Source: Candidatus Heimdallarchaeota archaeon
Lineage (GTDB): Archaea; Asgardarchaeota; Heimdallarchaeia; Hodarchaeales; Hodarchaeaceae
Reading direction: 5' to 3'
Length of the DNA stretch: 64,000 bases
Assembly (NCBI GenBank): GCA_020353515.1
Contig: CP070695.1
Location: 2,358,966-2,422,965 of the forward strand
The position numbers were made by a program, and so were the translations under genes. The notes under the pieces were generated by a model, which was not told the DNA's origin, did not search any database, and saw only the letters and a program-made list of their open reading frames with translations. Shown here one piece after another: positions 10,524 through 20,254 of the stretch (positions are counted from its first letter, which is position 1; each line of letters opens with the position of its first letter).

Positions 10524-10616
10524 CTAATTAAATAACATTTATCCCGAATGTTCACAATAGAAAACATTATTATTTGATGATATCTAAGATTATGAATTAG
10601 AAAAAGAATATATTTT

Positions 10617-11292
10617 TTGACATTATTTAAAAAAAAAATCCCCCATTTAGAGGTGTTGGCAGTGAAATCAACCATAGAACTTGTCAATCTAACTAAATAT
10701 TATGGGAGACATCGTGGAATTGAAAATCTGACAATGAAAATTAATCCAGGGGTAATTTCTGGTTTTTTAGGTCCTAATGGAGCGGATAAAACAACAACCA
10801 TTCGTTGCCTTCTAGGAATTCTAAAACCAACAAATGGACAAGATAAAGTCTTTGGGCATGAAATAACAAACTGGAGTTCACAGATTGCTCTGAAAGAAAT
10901 GATCGGCTATTTACCTGGAGAATTTGATCTATACAAACATTTTACAGTAAAAGGGATACTCGATTATTTTGCATCATTGAGAAAAAGACCAGCCAAACTC
11001 CGAACCGCATTTTCTTATTGCAGTCAGTCTACTTTTCCCATTTCCAGATAATCGAAAAAAGGTTGTTTATGCTTTAGGTGCCCTTTCAATTATTCTAGTT
11101 ACATTACCATATTTTAGCGAACCTATTTTACCTTTAAGGTTCCTTTCACCACTATATTATATGGATCTAGTTGGATTGATTGCTCAGGGATATCAATATG
11201 AACATGTAAGCTTATTAATGGTTCTTTTTGGAATTTTATTCTCTTCTATCCTTGTTATTTTTCGATCGAGTAATAGAACTACGTATGTTTAA
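10617..11292 (+). pseudogene. ABC exporter remnant: ATPase N-half joined to an ABC-2 permease C-terminus
   Basis: Walker A is mutated (GPNGADKTT) and the signature and Walker B are absent. From about 11008 another frame gives a hydrophobic permease tail (...LRFLSPLYYMDLVG...TTYV*). Confidence 0.8.
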
Positions 11293-11411
11293 ACCTAGTA
11301 TCAAGAAAATAAATCAAATTTCACTAATCGGTTTTGCCAATAGCGAGTCCCTTTAAAATCACAACTAAAAGCGATATTTTTTGAAGAATAGGATCAGCTC
11401 GAGGACTAAAA

Positions 11412-12719
11412 ATGACAGAGTTTAACAAAAATGAAGAAAAAACTGATACTAACGTTCGAGGCTATTTAGTTTTCCTAGTTGGACAATGGATCTCAATGTT
11501 CGGATCGAATGTTGTTGGATTTAGTATCATATGGTTTTTAACGGTCACTACAGGCAGTACATTCGTGTTAGGACTAGCTACATTTTTAAATTTCGCCCCT
11601 TTTATAATAGCAACACCTGTTGCTGGCGTTTTCATAGATCGTTGGAGCCGGAAAAAGGTTATCGCGTTTGTTGATTTTATGCAAGCTTTTTTCACTGTAG
11701 TACTTATTGGTTTCTTCTTAATGGATGTTTTTAGCCCTCTAGAACTTGTAGCGATACTTTTAACCCTGAATACAATTCGAGCTTTGTTTGGAGCTTTCCA
11801 TACATCCGCAGTTGATACACTCCTCCCCATAATGGTTCCAAAAAAGCATTATAGCAGAATAAATGGTATAAACTATCTTGTAAATGGTATTATTGGGGGT
11901 ATTGCAGGGCCCATTATTGGAGCGTATACTTTAGAGGTCTTGCTCATTCCACTGAAAACTATTCTATGGTTAGATGTAATAACGTTTCTAGTCGCTATAC
12001 TTCCAACAGTATTGATTTATTTCCCCAAAGTTAAAAAAAGAGTTCTAGATGAAAAAGAAAAAACTTCGTTTAAATCCGAATTTAGTGAGGGAATGAAATT
12101 TATTAAAGAAACACCCGGGTTATTTGCCCTTTTATTTGTGTTCGCTGGGGCAAACTTATTCATGACACCCTTTTACATCCAACTTCCTCTTTTTGTAACT
12201 GCTATTCATCTTGGTGGGGCCTCTCAACTAGCTTTTCTTTTAACCGCCCAGCAATCAGGAATGCTTATTGGTTCAATTGTCATGTCTACATGGAAAGGAT
12301 TCGAGAATCATGCAAAAGGTGTGGCTTTAGCCTTGTTTATGGGATATTTTGGATTTGCTATTATGGTCTCTGCGCCTTTTGGATATTTTGCATTAATTGG
12401 TATTGGATTATTTATTGCTGGATTTACCTTACCAGCTGCTAATGTCTCTAGTGAGGCAATATGGGCCAGTACTGTTCCCCAAGAGATATTGGGCAGAGTT
12501 TATGCTGTACGACGAACGTTAGCTCAAATAACTGCTCCATTAGCAATGTTATTATCAGGAATTATAGCAGAATTCATTAATTTAAGCTTAGTTTTACTTG
12601 TATGCACTGTTTGTGGTCTTTTGGTTCTTGGATATTCATGGTTCTTCACTAAATTACCTGAAGTGGAGAAGATGATAGAGATTAATGAAAAAACCAAAAT
12701 TCAACCTACTCCCAGTTAA
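11412..12719 (+). CDS. MFS transporter (MefA/DHA3-like)
   Basis: GQWISMFGS, GVFIDRWSRKK, VPQEILGRV; about 12 TMs. Confidence 0.9.
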   Translation: MTEFNKNEEKTDTNVRGYLVFLVGQWISMFGSNVVGFSIIWFLTVTTGSTFVLGLATFLNFAPFIIATPVAGVFIDRWSRKKVIAFVDFMQAFFTVVLIGFFLMDVFSPLELVAILLTLNTIRALFGAFHTSAVDTLLPIMVPKKHYSRINGINYLVNGIIGGIAGPIIGAYTLEVLLIPLKTILWLDVITFLVAILPTVLIYFPKVKKRVLDEKEKTSFKSEFSEGMKFIKETPGLFALLFVFAGANLFMTPFYIQLPLFVTAIHLGGASQLAFLLTAQQSGMLIGSIVMSTWKGFENHAKGVALALFMGYFGFAIMVSAPFGYFALIGIGLFIAGFTLPAANVSSEAIWASTVPQEILGRVYAVRRTLAQITAPLAMLLSGIIAEFINLSLVLLVCTVCGLLVLGYSWFFTKLPEVEKMIEINEKTKIQPTPS

Positions 12720-12766
12720 TATCAAGTAAAAAGGACTTCAGAATTAAGTTTCTACCATTCTAATCA

Positions 12767-13870
12767 TTATTTCTGATTACGGAGATCATATTCTCTGTAA
12801 GTAAGATCATGCTCTTGGACCCATGTAATAATTGTCTTCCTCGTTGTTTTTAATGTAGTCCCTCGACCGCCAGCAGCTCTAGGATGGCCTCCACCAGAGA
12901 AATTAATGGCTAAATTATCAACACGATATTTTTCTAAATCAGCTGTAGAGACCTGAGAATTGACTCTTAATGAAATTCCTGTGAACTGCTTACCTGGGAA
13001 TAATATACAAGTGATTTTCACTCCCTTCTCGAATAATCTATTTACTAACGCCGAAGTCATAATCTTTTCCTTTCCCCTTATAATAACAAGTACATCTGCT
13101 ATTTCAAACTGGTCTCCAATATTGGTACTTTTCTTCCTAAGGCTTCTTAAACTTGAAATTTTTTGTAAATATACTTCATTAGAAAATATATCTAACTTTT
13201 GATGTGAAAAAGCTTGGAAGAGTGAATATACTTCTTCTGTTGACTCAGGAGTGCGACAAATATCGTTTAAAAGCCATGCTTGTTCTTGACGCGATGTATC
13301 ACAAAAATTTAATGGAATTTCTTCTGGAGGAGAGGTTGTAAAGCTAGCTGTATCAGTAATGATGGTAAGATCAGATAATAACTTCAAAAAATGTGGAATT
13401 TGGTCTTTAAAATGGTTGGATAGCAAATACGCTGCACTAGGAGCATTTTCATCGAAGAGTACTAGTTCAGCGTTTTTTATTAAGAATTTGTTTGATTGGT
13501 GATGGTCACAGTAGAGATTGATTGTTGAATTATTGAACGGAGGAAGATCAACGATTGCCTGCCAGTTTAGTGCTCTTAAAAATGTACCAAACTGTGAATG
13601 ATGAATTTCCTGATATTCAAGGGGGATAAAAATCGCCTCTTGAAATTCTACCACGGTTTTCAAGATCACTGCTGATATGATCCCATCTGCATCTGCACCG
13701 TGGAAAGCGATTTTTGGTTTTGGGAGGAGGGAGAGGGAGTAAATGAAGCGTAAATCTCTCTGCATCTGATCTGAAGAATCAGTAAGAATACTTTCCAGAT
13801 TAAATAGAACAGTCATACTCTCATAACCTTCCTTCTTATGCAGATTTTTTGTGGCTAGTATCCAACACAT
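12767..13870 (-). CDS. DHH/DHHA1 phosphoesterase
   Basis: HGADADG, IVDLP, CDHH, GGGHPRAAG; the start is probably MTVLF. Confidence 0.9.
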   Translation of the reverse strand: MCWILATKNLHKKEGYESMTVLFNLESILTDSSDQMQRDLRFIYSLSLLPKPKIAFHGADADGIISAVILKTVVEFQEAIFIPLEYQEIHHSQFGTFLRALNWQAIVDLPPFNNSTINLYCDHHQSNKFLIKNAELVLFDENAPSAAYLLSNHFKDQIPHFLKLLSDLTIITDTASFTTSPPEEIPLNFCDTSRQEQAWLLNDICRTPESTEEVYSLFQAFSHQKLDIFSNEVYLQKISSLRSLRKKSTNIGDQFEIADVLVIIRGKEKIMTSALVNRLFEKGVKITCILFPGKQFTGISLRVNSQVSTADLEKYRVDNLAINFSGGGHPRAAGGRGTTLKTTRKTIITWVQEHDLTYREYDLRNQK

Positions 13871-13880
13871 CTTTAGAATA

Positions 13881-14528
13881 TCACAATGAAATGACCCGAT
13901 CTAAAGGAATATTCCTTTGTTTTAGATAATTAATGGCCAAAGTAGTATTTCCCAGAGCATCTTTATGGTGAGCATCAGACCCAATAGAATACCAGTATTC
14001 ACTATCAAGATAATTGAACCATTGATCCATATAATTCCCATATCTTGTGTTTAACTCTATAATAATTTCAAATTCTTGTATTTTGTTTAAGACATAATCA
14101 ATTCTTGACTCCGATACACGCGTGAAGCGTGCGTGGGCTAGCCCGACTTTGTAATCTGGATTTTTCTTCTTAAAATTAAGTACTTGTTGGAAGGATTTCT
14201 CCCAGGATGACTGAGCGAATACATATTCAAACAGAATTAAATCCCATTGGAATTCTTGAAGTTGAAATAAACTGTCTATTGATGAGAGATCTACCTCTAT
14301 ACCAATAAATACTTCTGTACCTAAAGAGTCCTGCCTCCGTATTTCATCAAGGGTGATGAAATATTCTTCTAAATCCAATACTGAAAGAGCGGGCTTCCAT
14401 CCAGAATGGTGGTCAGTGATGCATACCTCTTGGATTCCTCGTGCAGCAGCAGCTTGAATCATGTCCCGGGGATCAAAGAAACCGTCAGAAAATGATGTAT
14501 GAATGTGATAATCGATGATTCTAGACAC
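13881..14528 (-). CDS. PHP-domain phosphoesterase
   Basis: DYHIHTSFSDG, ITDH, GIEVD, GSDAH. Confidence 0.9.
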   Translation of the reverse strand: MSRIIDYHIHTSFSDGFFDPRDMIQAAAARGIQEVCITDHHSGWKPALSVLDLEEYFITLDEIRRQDSLGTEVFIGIEVDLSSIDSLFQLQEFQWDLILFEYVFAQSSWEKSFQQVLNFKKKNPDYKVGLAHARFTRVSESRIDYVLNKIQEFEIIIELNTRYGNYMDQWFNYLDSEYWYSIGSDAHHKDALGNTTLAINYLKQRNIPLDRVISL

Positions 14529-14704
14529 AGGACCAAGATTTCCTCCTATAACTTTTGTTACACAAAAGGTTGATAAATAAGTAAGTATTTTATTAATTCA
14601 TAGGAAATGAGTATTACATATTTGAAATTATGAGTGGTTACAATTTAAGCATCAAACAAGCTGAATGATGTCTATATCTCGTTTTAATGCTTTAGCATAT
14701 TTAA

Positions 14705-15475
14705 TTGGAGCTGTTGAAATTTACTAAACTTGCGATTCTGATTGATCCCAATAAGGGAAAAGCAACAGAGCGCATGTTTCATGCACTAAAAGGAATCTTA
14801 ACAGAATGTGATGATCCGACAAAACTTCCACTGGAGATCTGGGTTGGGGATAGTTCTGAAATTTACAGAGGAGTTCATCGCTATTTAAAGAGACTTCACC
14901 AACTAAAAACTACTCTTCCCCCCGTAGTTATATTTCCTGGTCATCCTTTACAAATTTCATCTTTAGCTGACTTTATTCAGATGCCTACCCTTCTTAATGC
15001 TTATCGATTTAGAATCAAGGTCGTTGTCAAGCTAGGTAAAAAATATCATTGGTTAATGAAATGGTGTCGAAAACCCTTCAGTAAACACTGGCCCATTGAT
15101 CGTAAATATGGATACATGGTTCTTAGTCCTCATTCCTCTGTTGGTAAAAAGCTTCACGCAAAAGAATTAACTGATGAACAAGCATATGAGGAAATAACAA
15201 GAAAATGGAGGGATTATTGGTCGATGATCTATCTCGAAGCAGGCTCTGGGCGGTTTGGTGCCTCAATAGCAGGAAGATTAGATTTAGTAAGACAAGTAAA
15301 GGAATTTACTAAAACAAAAGATGCCGCTTTAATTACAGGTGGAGGAATTCGCACAAAAACACAAGTGGAGGACTTGGTTAAATCAGGTTCAGATCTGGTT
15401 GTAGTATCAACTGTACTAGAACAATCAGAAAATCCTAAAGAGTTAATGGAACAGTTTCTTGAAGCAGTTAGCTAA
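14705..15475 (+). CDS. Geranylgeranylglyceryl-phosphate synthase family protein (divergent GGGPS/PcrB)
   Basis: LIDPNK, VVIFPG, TLLN, GYMV, YLEAGSG, GGGIR. Confidence 0.85.
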   Translation: MELLKFTKLAILIDPNKGKATERMFHALKGILTECDDPTKLPLEIWVGDSSEIYRGVHRYLKRLHQLKTTLPPVVIFPGHPLQISSLADFIQMPTLLNAYRFRIKVVVKLGKKYHWLMKWCRKPFSKHWPIDRKYGYMVLSPHSSVGKKLHAKELTDEQAYEEITRKWRDYWSMIYLEAGSGRFGASIAGRLDLVRQVKEFTKTKDAALITGGGIRTKTQVEDLVKSGSDLVVVSTVLEQSENPKELMEQFLEAVS

Positions 15476-15522
15476 AGTATAGGAGAATCTCCTGAAGGAG
15501 AGTGAGTTTTCTCATACTTCGG

Positions 15523-16056
15523 TCAGTTGAACTTTCTACCATATTCAAATAAGGTTCCTGCTTGATAGATGTCTAATTGAACTTTTGATAAAGGAGTGGC
15601 AGCTTTCAACGTCTGGTTCTTGGTGAAGTTAACGATTTCTCCAGTTTCTAAGTTAACTTTAATCATGTCACCTGTTTCAATATCCTCATTCATGATTTCT
15701 AGGGAAGTCATAAGAGGCATGCCTGAATTAATGGCATTACGTTTATAGATTGCCCCAAAAGATTCACCAACAATCATTTGGATCCCTAAAGCACGGAAGC
15801 AATCAACTGCTTGTTGTCTACTACTTCCAGCACCAAAATTCTTACCAACAACTAGAATATCACCAGATTTCGCAGTTCTAGAGAATTCTTTCCAGCCTTG
15901 AAGATTTCCAAAAGCATATTGACCCATTTCATCAATATCAGTGATGTGTAAATGTTTATTATGAAAGATCATGTCTGTATCTATATCATCTATCGCTTTT
16001 CCGCTCTCATCCTTTATTATAACAACTCTTCCTTCTAAAATGGTTGGTTTATGCAT
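15523..16056 (-). CDS. Aconitase-family (LeuD/HacB-type) small subunit, copy A
   Basis: DIDTDMIF, GKNFGAGSSRQQA, SFGAIYKRNAIN. Confidence 0.9.
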   Translation of the reverse strand: MHKPTILEGRVVIIKDESGKAIDDIDTDMIFHNKHLHITDIDEMGQYAFGNLQGWKEFSRTAKSGDILVVGKNFGAGSSRQQAVDCFRALGIQMIVGESFGAIYKRNAINSGMPLMTSLEIMNEDIETGDMIKVNLETGEIVNFTKNQTLKAATPLSKVQLDIYQAGTLFEYGRKFN

Positions 16057-16078
16057 TCAAACACCTCTGACAATGTTC

Positions 16079-17344
16079 CTAAATTTCAGGAACCGAGATT
16101 TCACCTGCTAAAGCCGTTGCTGCAGCTGTTGCTGGAGATGCCAAATAAGTGTCTCCGCCTCCTTGTTTTCCAGCAAAGTTACGATTTCCAGTAGAAACTT
16201 GTACCTCACCTTTTCCCGTCATTCCAATTTGACCTGCGGCACATCCACCACACCCTGGGTTCGTGATAATTGCTCCAGCTTCATACAGGACAGTGATCAA
16301 GCCATTCTTTAATAATTGGCCATAAACCTCTTTAGTAGCTGGGACAATCTTTAGCATGACATTTGGATTAATCTTCTTATTTTTGAGAATTCTCGCTACT
16401 AGGGAAATATCTTCATAGCGACCATTAGTACAGCTAGCGATAACTACAGAGTCAACTGGTATTCCTGCAACTTCTGCAACAGGTTTAACATTAGCAGGGG
16501 AAGGTGGTAAAGCAATTAATGGTTCAAGATTAGAAAAATCGAAATTTAATGTTTCGGTATACTCCACATCTACATCTGACTTATAAACAGGAAAATTATT
16601 TCCACTTCGTTCTTTACAATATTTTATAACCTGATCATTGGGAGGAATGAGACCAATTATCCCACCCATTTCAGTAACCATAGATGCAAGAGTAATTCTT
16701 TCAGCTAAATCAAGGGATTCAACAGTATTTCCATAAAATTCTATAGCTTTCCCTAAAGCTCCTTTTGAACCAATCTGTTGAAGAACCCCTAGAGTTACGT
16801 CCTTCGCAAAAGCGTTTGGTTTTGGATTACCCTCAATAGTAATGTTCATTGATTCTGGCACTTCAAACCAAGTTCTACCTGTTTTAAATGTGAAAGCGAT
16901 ATCTTGATCACCCATCCCTTGTCCAAAAGAACCTATAGCTCCAAGAATGTTTAAGTGTGAGTCGGTACCTACAACAGTATTTCCTGGTACAGCAATCCCT
17001 TCCTCTATCATTATATGGGAACCAACTCCAGCATCAACATCATAAAGATGTTCACGAGGGAGGTTTTCACGAGCAAAAACCCGCGCAATATGTTGGTTCT
17101 CTGCATAACCAATGGTTTTAGCTGGGACAACACAGTCAAATGTGAAATAAGTCTTTCTAGGATCCGCTATCTGCGACTCATTTGGGTAATATTTCTCTAA
17201 GTTTTTCACAACGTTGGCCCCACCAAAATCTCGGGCCGTTCGAACGTCGATCTCCATCCAAACAATATTTCCTGGTGCTACATCCTCAGTTGTATGGTTT
17301 GCAATAATTTTTTCAATGATTGTTTTTCCCAATGGCTCAGACAC
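16079..17344 (-). CDS. Aconitase-family (LeuC/HacA-type) large subunit, copy A
   Basis: GKTIIEKI, GTDSH, SCTNGR, PGCGGC, STGNRNF. Confidence 0.92.
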   Translation of the reverse strand: MSEPLGKTIIEKIIANHTTEDVAPGNIVWMEIDVRTARDFGGANVVKNLEKYYPNESQIADPRKTYFTFDCVVPAKTIGYAENQHIARVFARENLPREHLYDVDAGVGSHIMIEEGIAVPGNTVVGTDSHLNILGAIGSFGQGMGDQDIAFTFKTGRTWFEVPESMNITIEGNPKPNAFAKDVTLGVLQQIGSKGALGKAIEFYGNTVESLDLAERITLASMVTEMGGIIGLIPPNDQVIKYCKERSGNNFPVYKSDVDVEYTETLNFDFSNLEPLIALPPSPANVKPVAEVAGIPVDSVVIASCTNGRYEDISLVARILKNKKINPNVMLKIVPATKEVYGQLLKNGLITVLYEAGAIITNPGCGGCAAGQIGMTGKGEVQVSTGNRNFAGKQGGGDTYLASPATAAATALAGEISVPEI

Positions 17345-17538
17345 CCTTTTGATTCTAATACATGGCGTATTCCATAAATGATATTTAATATAATCTTATA
17401 AGTAATTGAAATTACATACCAATAACAATATGATTAAAAACTAACGATTCAAACTAACATATCGAATAATGTAATTCACTTTAAATTTAATGTAAACATC
17501 TAGGAATCACCTCAATAATGAAGTAGGATATTGCAAAG

Positions 17539-17751
17539 ATGACTCTAGGAATCAGTGAAGACGCTGATCTTCATCATAAGGCTGAATTAGAATTGACATG
17601 CCCTTGGTGCCATACTCACACCATTAAGACCACTGTCAATCATGGAACCCTTCGTTTGAAGTGCACTGAATGTAACATGAATGCTTTTGCCACTAGAATC
17701 CCCCGAAATAGGAAATTAGCTGATTATATTTCACGACGATTAATTTCTTGA
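17539..17751 (+). CDS. Small zinc-ribbon protein
   Basis: CPWC-x17-CTEC; ATG start with a purine-rich upstream sequence. Confidence 0.65.
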   Translation: MTLGISEDADLHHKAELELTCPWCHTHTIKTTVNHGTLRLKCTECNMNAFATRIPRNRKLADYISRRLIS

Positions 17752-17887
17752 TTAATACTCTCTTTATTTCCTTCTGTTTTTCATAATTGTATGTATCAAG
17801 AGTGTATACTCTCATTCTGGAATAATGAAGCTAACAACAAAGAATTTAACTCCTCCTACTATTTTCTAGTTCACGAGGATTCTGAGT

Positions 17888-19150
17888 ATGACTGGGCAAA
17901 CATTAATTCAGAAAATTCTTTCACGAGCTGCAGGGAAAGAAAAGGAAGGAGTTGCAGAAAATGAGATCGTTTTTGTTTCCCCTCATATGATTCTTAGTCA
18001 TGACAATTCTGCTGCTATTTCAAAGACCTTTCATCAAATTACTGGATCCGATGGGAAGGTTTGGGATCCAAATAGGATTTTTATTGATTTAGATCACGCT
18101 GTTCCTCCACCCGACTATAAGAAAGCAGAAAATCATAAAATAATCAGAGAATTTGTTAAAAAACAGGGAATAAAACATTTTTATGATTGTGGAACTGGAA
18201 TTTGCCATCAAGTTCTCCCTGAAGAAGGTTTAGTCCCACCAAATGTTGTAATTCTGGGTTCTGATTCTCACACAACAACTCATGGAGCCTTTGGTGCTGC
18301 TGGTATTCCAATAGGTCGTACTGAAACAGCTTCAGTATGGGCAATTGGAGAGACTTGGTTAAAAGTTCCTGAAACGATTAAGATAACCCTTGAAAACTAT
18401 TTACCAAATGATGTTTATGCAAAAGATGTTATTCTAGATATAATTGGTAAAATTTCTGCAGATGGAGCTACATACAAGTCTATTGAATTCTATGGAAAAG
18501 CAGTGGAAAGGATGTCCATAAGTGACCGTATGACTATCAGTAATATGTCAGCAGAGGCAGGAGCAAAAGCTGGAATCTTTCCCGTTGACAATGTGACCAA
18601 TGATTGGAATAAACAGTTTAATATTTCTTATGATAGATTAGCAGCGGATGAAGATGCAAGTTATGAACAAGAACTGAATTTTGATCTTGCAAGTCTGACA
18701 CCACGGGTAGCTCAACCACACAAAGTTGATAATGTTGTTCCTATAGAAGATCTACCAAGAATTAAAATTGACGTTGCTCTTCTTGGGACATGCACCAATG
18801 GCAGGATCGAAGATCTCCGAATTGCTTCCGAAATTTTGAAAGATAAGAAGATAAATCCTAACACTAGACTACTTATTTATCCTGCGTCAAGGAGTACCCT
18901 TAATCAGGCAATAAAAGAAGGGATAATGGAAAACTTAGTTGATGCTGAAGGACAGATAGGTGTCCCTGCTTGTGGGCCATGTCTTGGTGAATACGGAGGT
19001 ACTTTAGCACCAGGAGAAAAGGCCATTTCTACAGCAAATCGTAATTTTAAAGGGAGGATGGGGACAAGGGATGCTGAAATTTACTTGGCAAACCCAGCAG
19101 TTGTTGCCAAATCAGCGATTGCAGGGTATATCACCAATGAGGAGGTTTGA
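17888..19150 (+). CDS. Homoaconitase-like (LeuC/HacA-type) large subunit, copy B
   Basis: SHDNS, LDHAVP, GICHQ, GSDSHT, TCTNGR, ACGPC, STANRNFKGRMG. Confidence 0.92.
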   Translation: MTGQTLIQKILSRAAGKEKEGVAENEIVFVSPHMILSHDNSAAISKTFHQITGSDGKVWDPNRIFIDLDHAVPPPDYKKAENHKIIREFVKKQGIKHFYDCGTGICHQVLPEEGLVPPNVVILGSDSHTTTHGAFGAAGIPIGRTETASVWAIGETWLKVPETIKITLENYLPNDVYAKDVILDIIGKISADGATYKSIEFYGKAVERMSISDRMTISNMSAEAGAKAGIFPVDNVTNDWNKQFNISYDRLAADEDASYEQELNFDLASLTPRVAQPHKVDNVVPIEDLPRIKIDVALLGTCTNGRIEDLRIASEILKDKKINPNTRLLIYPASRSTLNQAIKEGIMENLVDAEGQIGVPACGPCLGEYGGTLAPGEKAISTANRNFKGRMGTRDAEIYLANPAVVAKSAIAGYITNEEV

Positions 19151-19668
19151 AAATGAAATTTACAGGTAAAATATGGATATTCCCAGACGATGACATCAAT
19201 ACTGATGTCATATTCCCAGGAAAATATACTTATGAACCTCTAACTCCAGAACAGATGGCAGAACACGCTATGGAAGATTATCTCCCTAATTTTGCAAAAG
19301 AAGTTACTAAGGGTGACATTATCGTGGCAGGGAAGAACTTTGGTTGTGGTAGCAGCCGTGAACAGGCAGTCATTTGTTTAGCGAAAGCAGGTTTGAGTTG
19401 TATCATTGCAAAGTCTTTCGCACGGATTTTTTATAGAAACGCTATAAATCAAGCCCTACCCCTTGTAATCTCTTTTGACTGCTCTGATTATGTCATACGA
19501 AATAGATATGCACTAAAAGACGGTGAAATTTCCGTAGATTTTGACACAGGTGTCATCAAACTTCAAGATAAAGAATTTCTTTTTCCTAAGCTCGATAGTC
19601 AGGCATTAGAGATCTTTAAAGCTGGAGGATTGGTTGAATATACAAAAAAACGTTTACAATCTCTATGA
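19147..19668 (+). CDS. Homoaconitase-like small subunit, copy B
   Basis: [14 protein letters not shown] and [11 protein letters not shown]; coupled to the large subunit with a GGAGG SD. Confidence 0.92.
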   Translation: MKMKFTGKIWIFPDDDINTDVIFPGKYTYEPLTPEQMAEHAMEDYLPNFAKEVTKGDIIVAGKNFGCGSSREQAVICLAKAGLSCIIAKSFARIFYRNAINQALPLVISFDCSDYVIRNRYALKDGEISVDFDTGVIKLQDKEFLFPKLDSQALEIFKAGGLVEYTKKRLQSL

Positions 19669-19680
19669 GAAACTGCTAGG

Positions 19681-20172
19681 TTGAATGAATCAATGGCTGA
19701 GATTATAGACTCCGAAGAGAAATCTATAAGGAATTCGTTAGGGTTCTATGGCTTAGTATCATTCTTGATCTTTCTTCTTTACACTTTTATAGTCGCATTA
19801 GGATTTTTCATGCTTTTCTCGACTGTTCAATTTGGATTCTTTGAATCAGGTTCATTCTCCGAGTGGAATCTAACTGGTTTTTTTGAGTGGTTATTGTCGT
19901 TTGAGTGGTTTAGTAAGTTCTTAACTGATTCATTGTTCCTGTTGGTGATTTTATACATATATACTATTATCACTTGGATATATGTTTATTATAGTACTGT
20001 TAAGATCGTTTTTTGTGGAGAGAAAGAGAAAGACTGGTCATTAGGATGGTACCTAGGAGGTTGGCTAGCGTTCATCTCGATATTTTTTGTCCCTGCAATT
20101 TTGGCTGTTCAAAACCTTCCTTTTAGAGCGAAGAATGTTCACTACAAATTCCACCTAAATATTCGTTTATAA
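19681..20172 (+). CDS. Hypothetical membrane protein
   Basis: About 3 hydrophobic segments; follows the copy B operon. Confidence 0.65.
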   Translation: MNESMAEIIDSEEKSIRNSLGFYGLVSFLIFLLYTFIVALGFFMLFSTVQFGFFESGSFSEWNLTGFFEWLLSFEWFSKFLTDSLFLLVILYIYTIITWIYVYYSTVKIVFCGEKEKDWSLGWYLGGWLAFISIFFVPAILAVQNLPFRAKNVHYKFHLNIRL

Positions 20173-20254
20173 CAGTGAAATCATTGCATTTTTACCTGAA
20201 TGACGCATCAGATTAGGTCATCCAGTTATAAAAAGCAATATGAAAGAAAATAGT

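Noticed and set aside
15476-15520. Short inverted repeats between GGGPS and small subunit A
   Set aside because: Most likely an ordinary terminator between convergent genes
15523-19668. Simple leuC/leuD gene symbols
   Set aside because: Specificity motifs do not match isopropylmalate isomerase and there is no leu operon context
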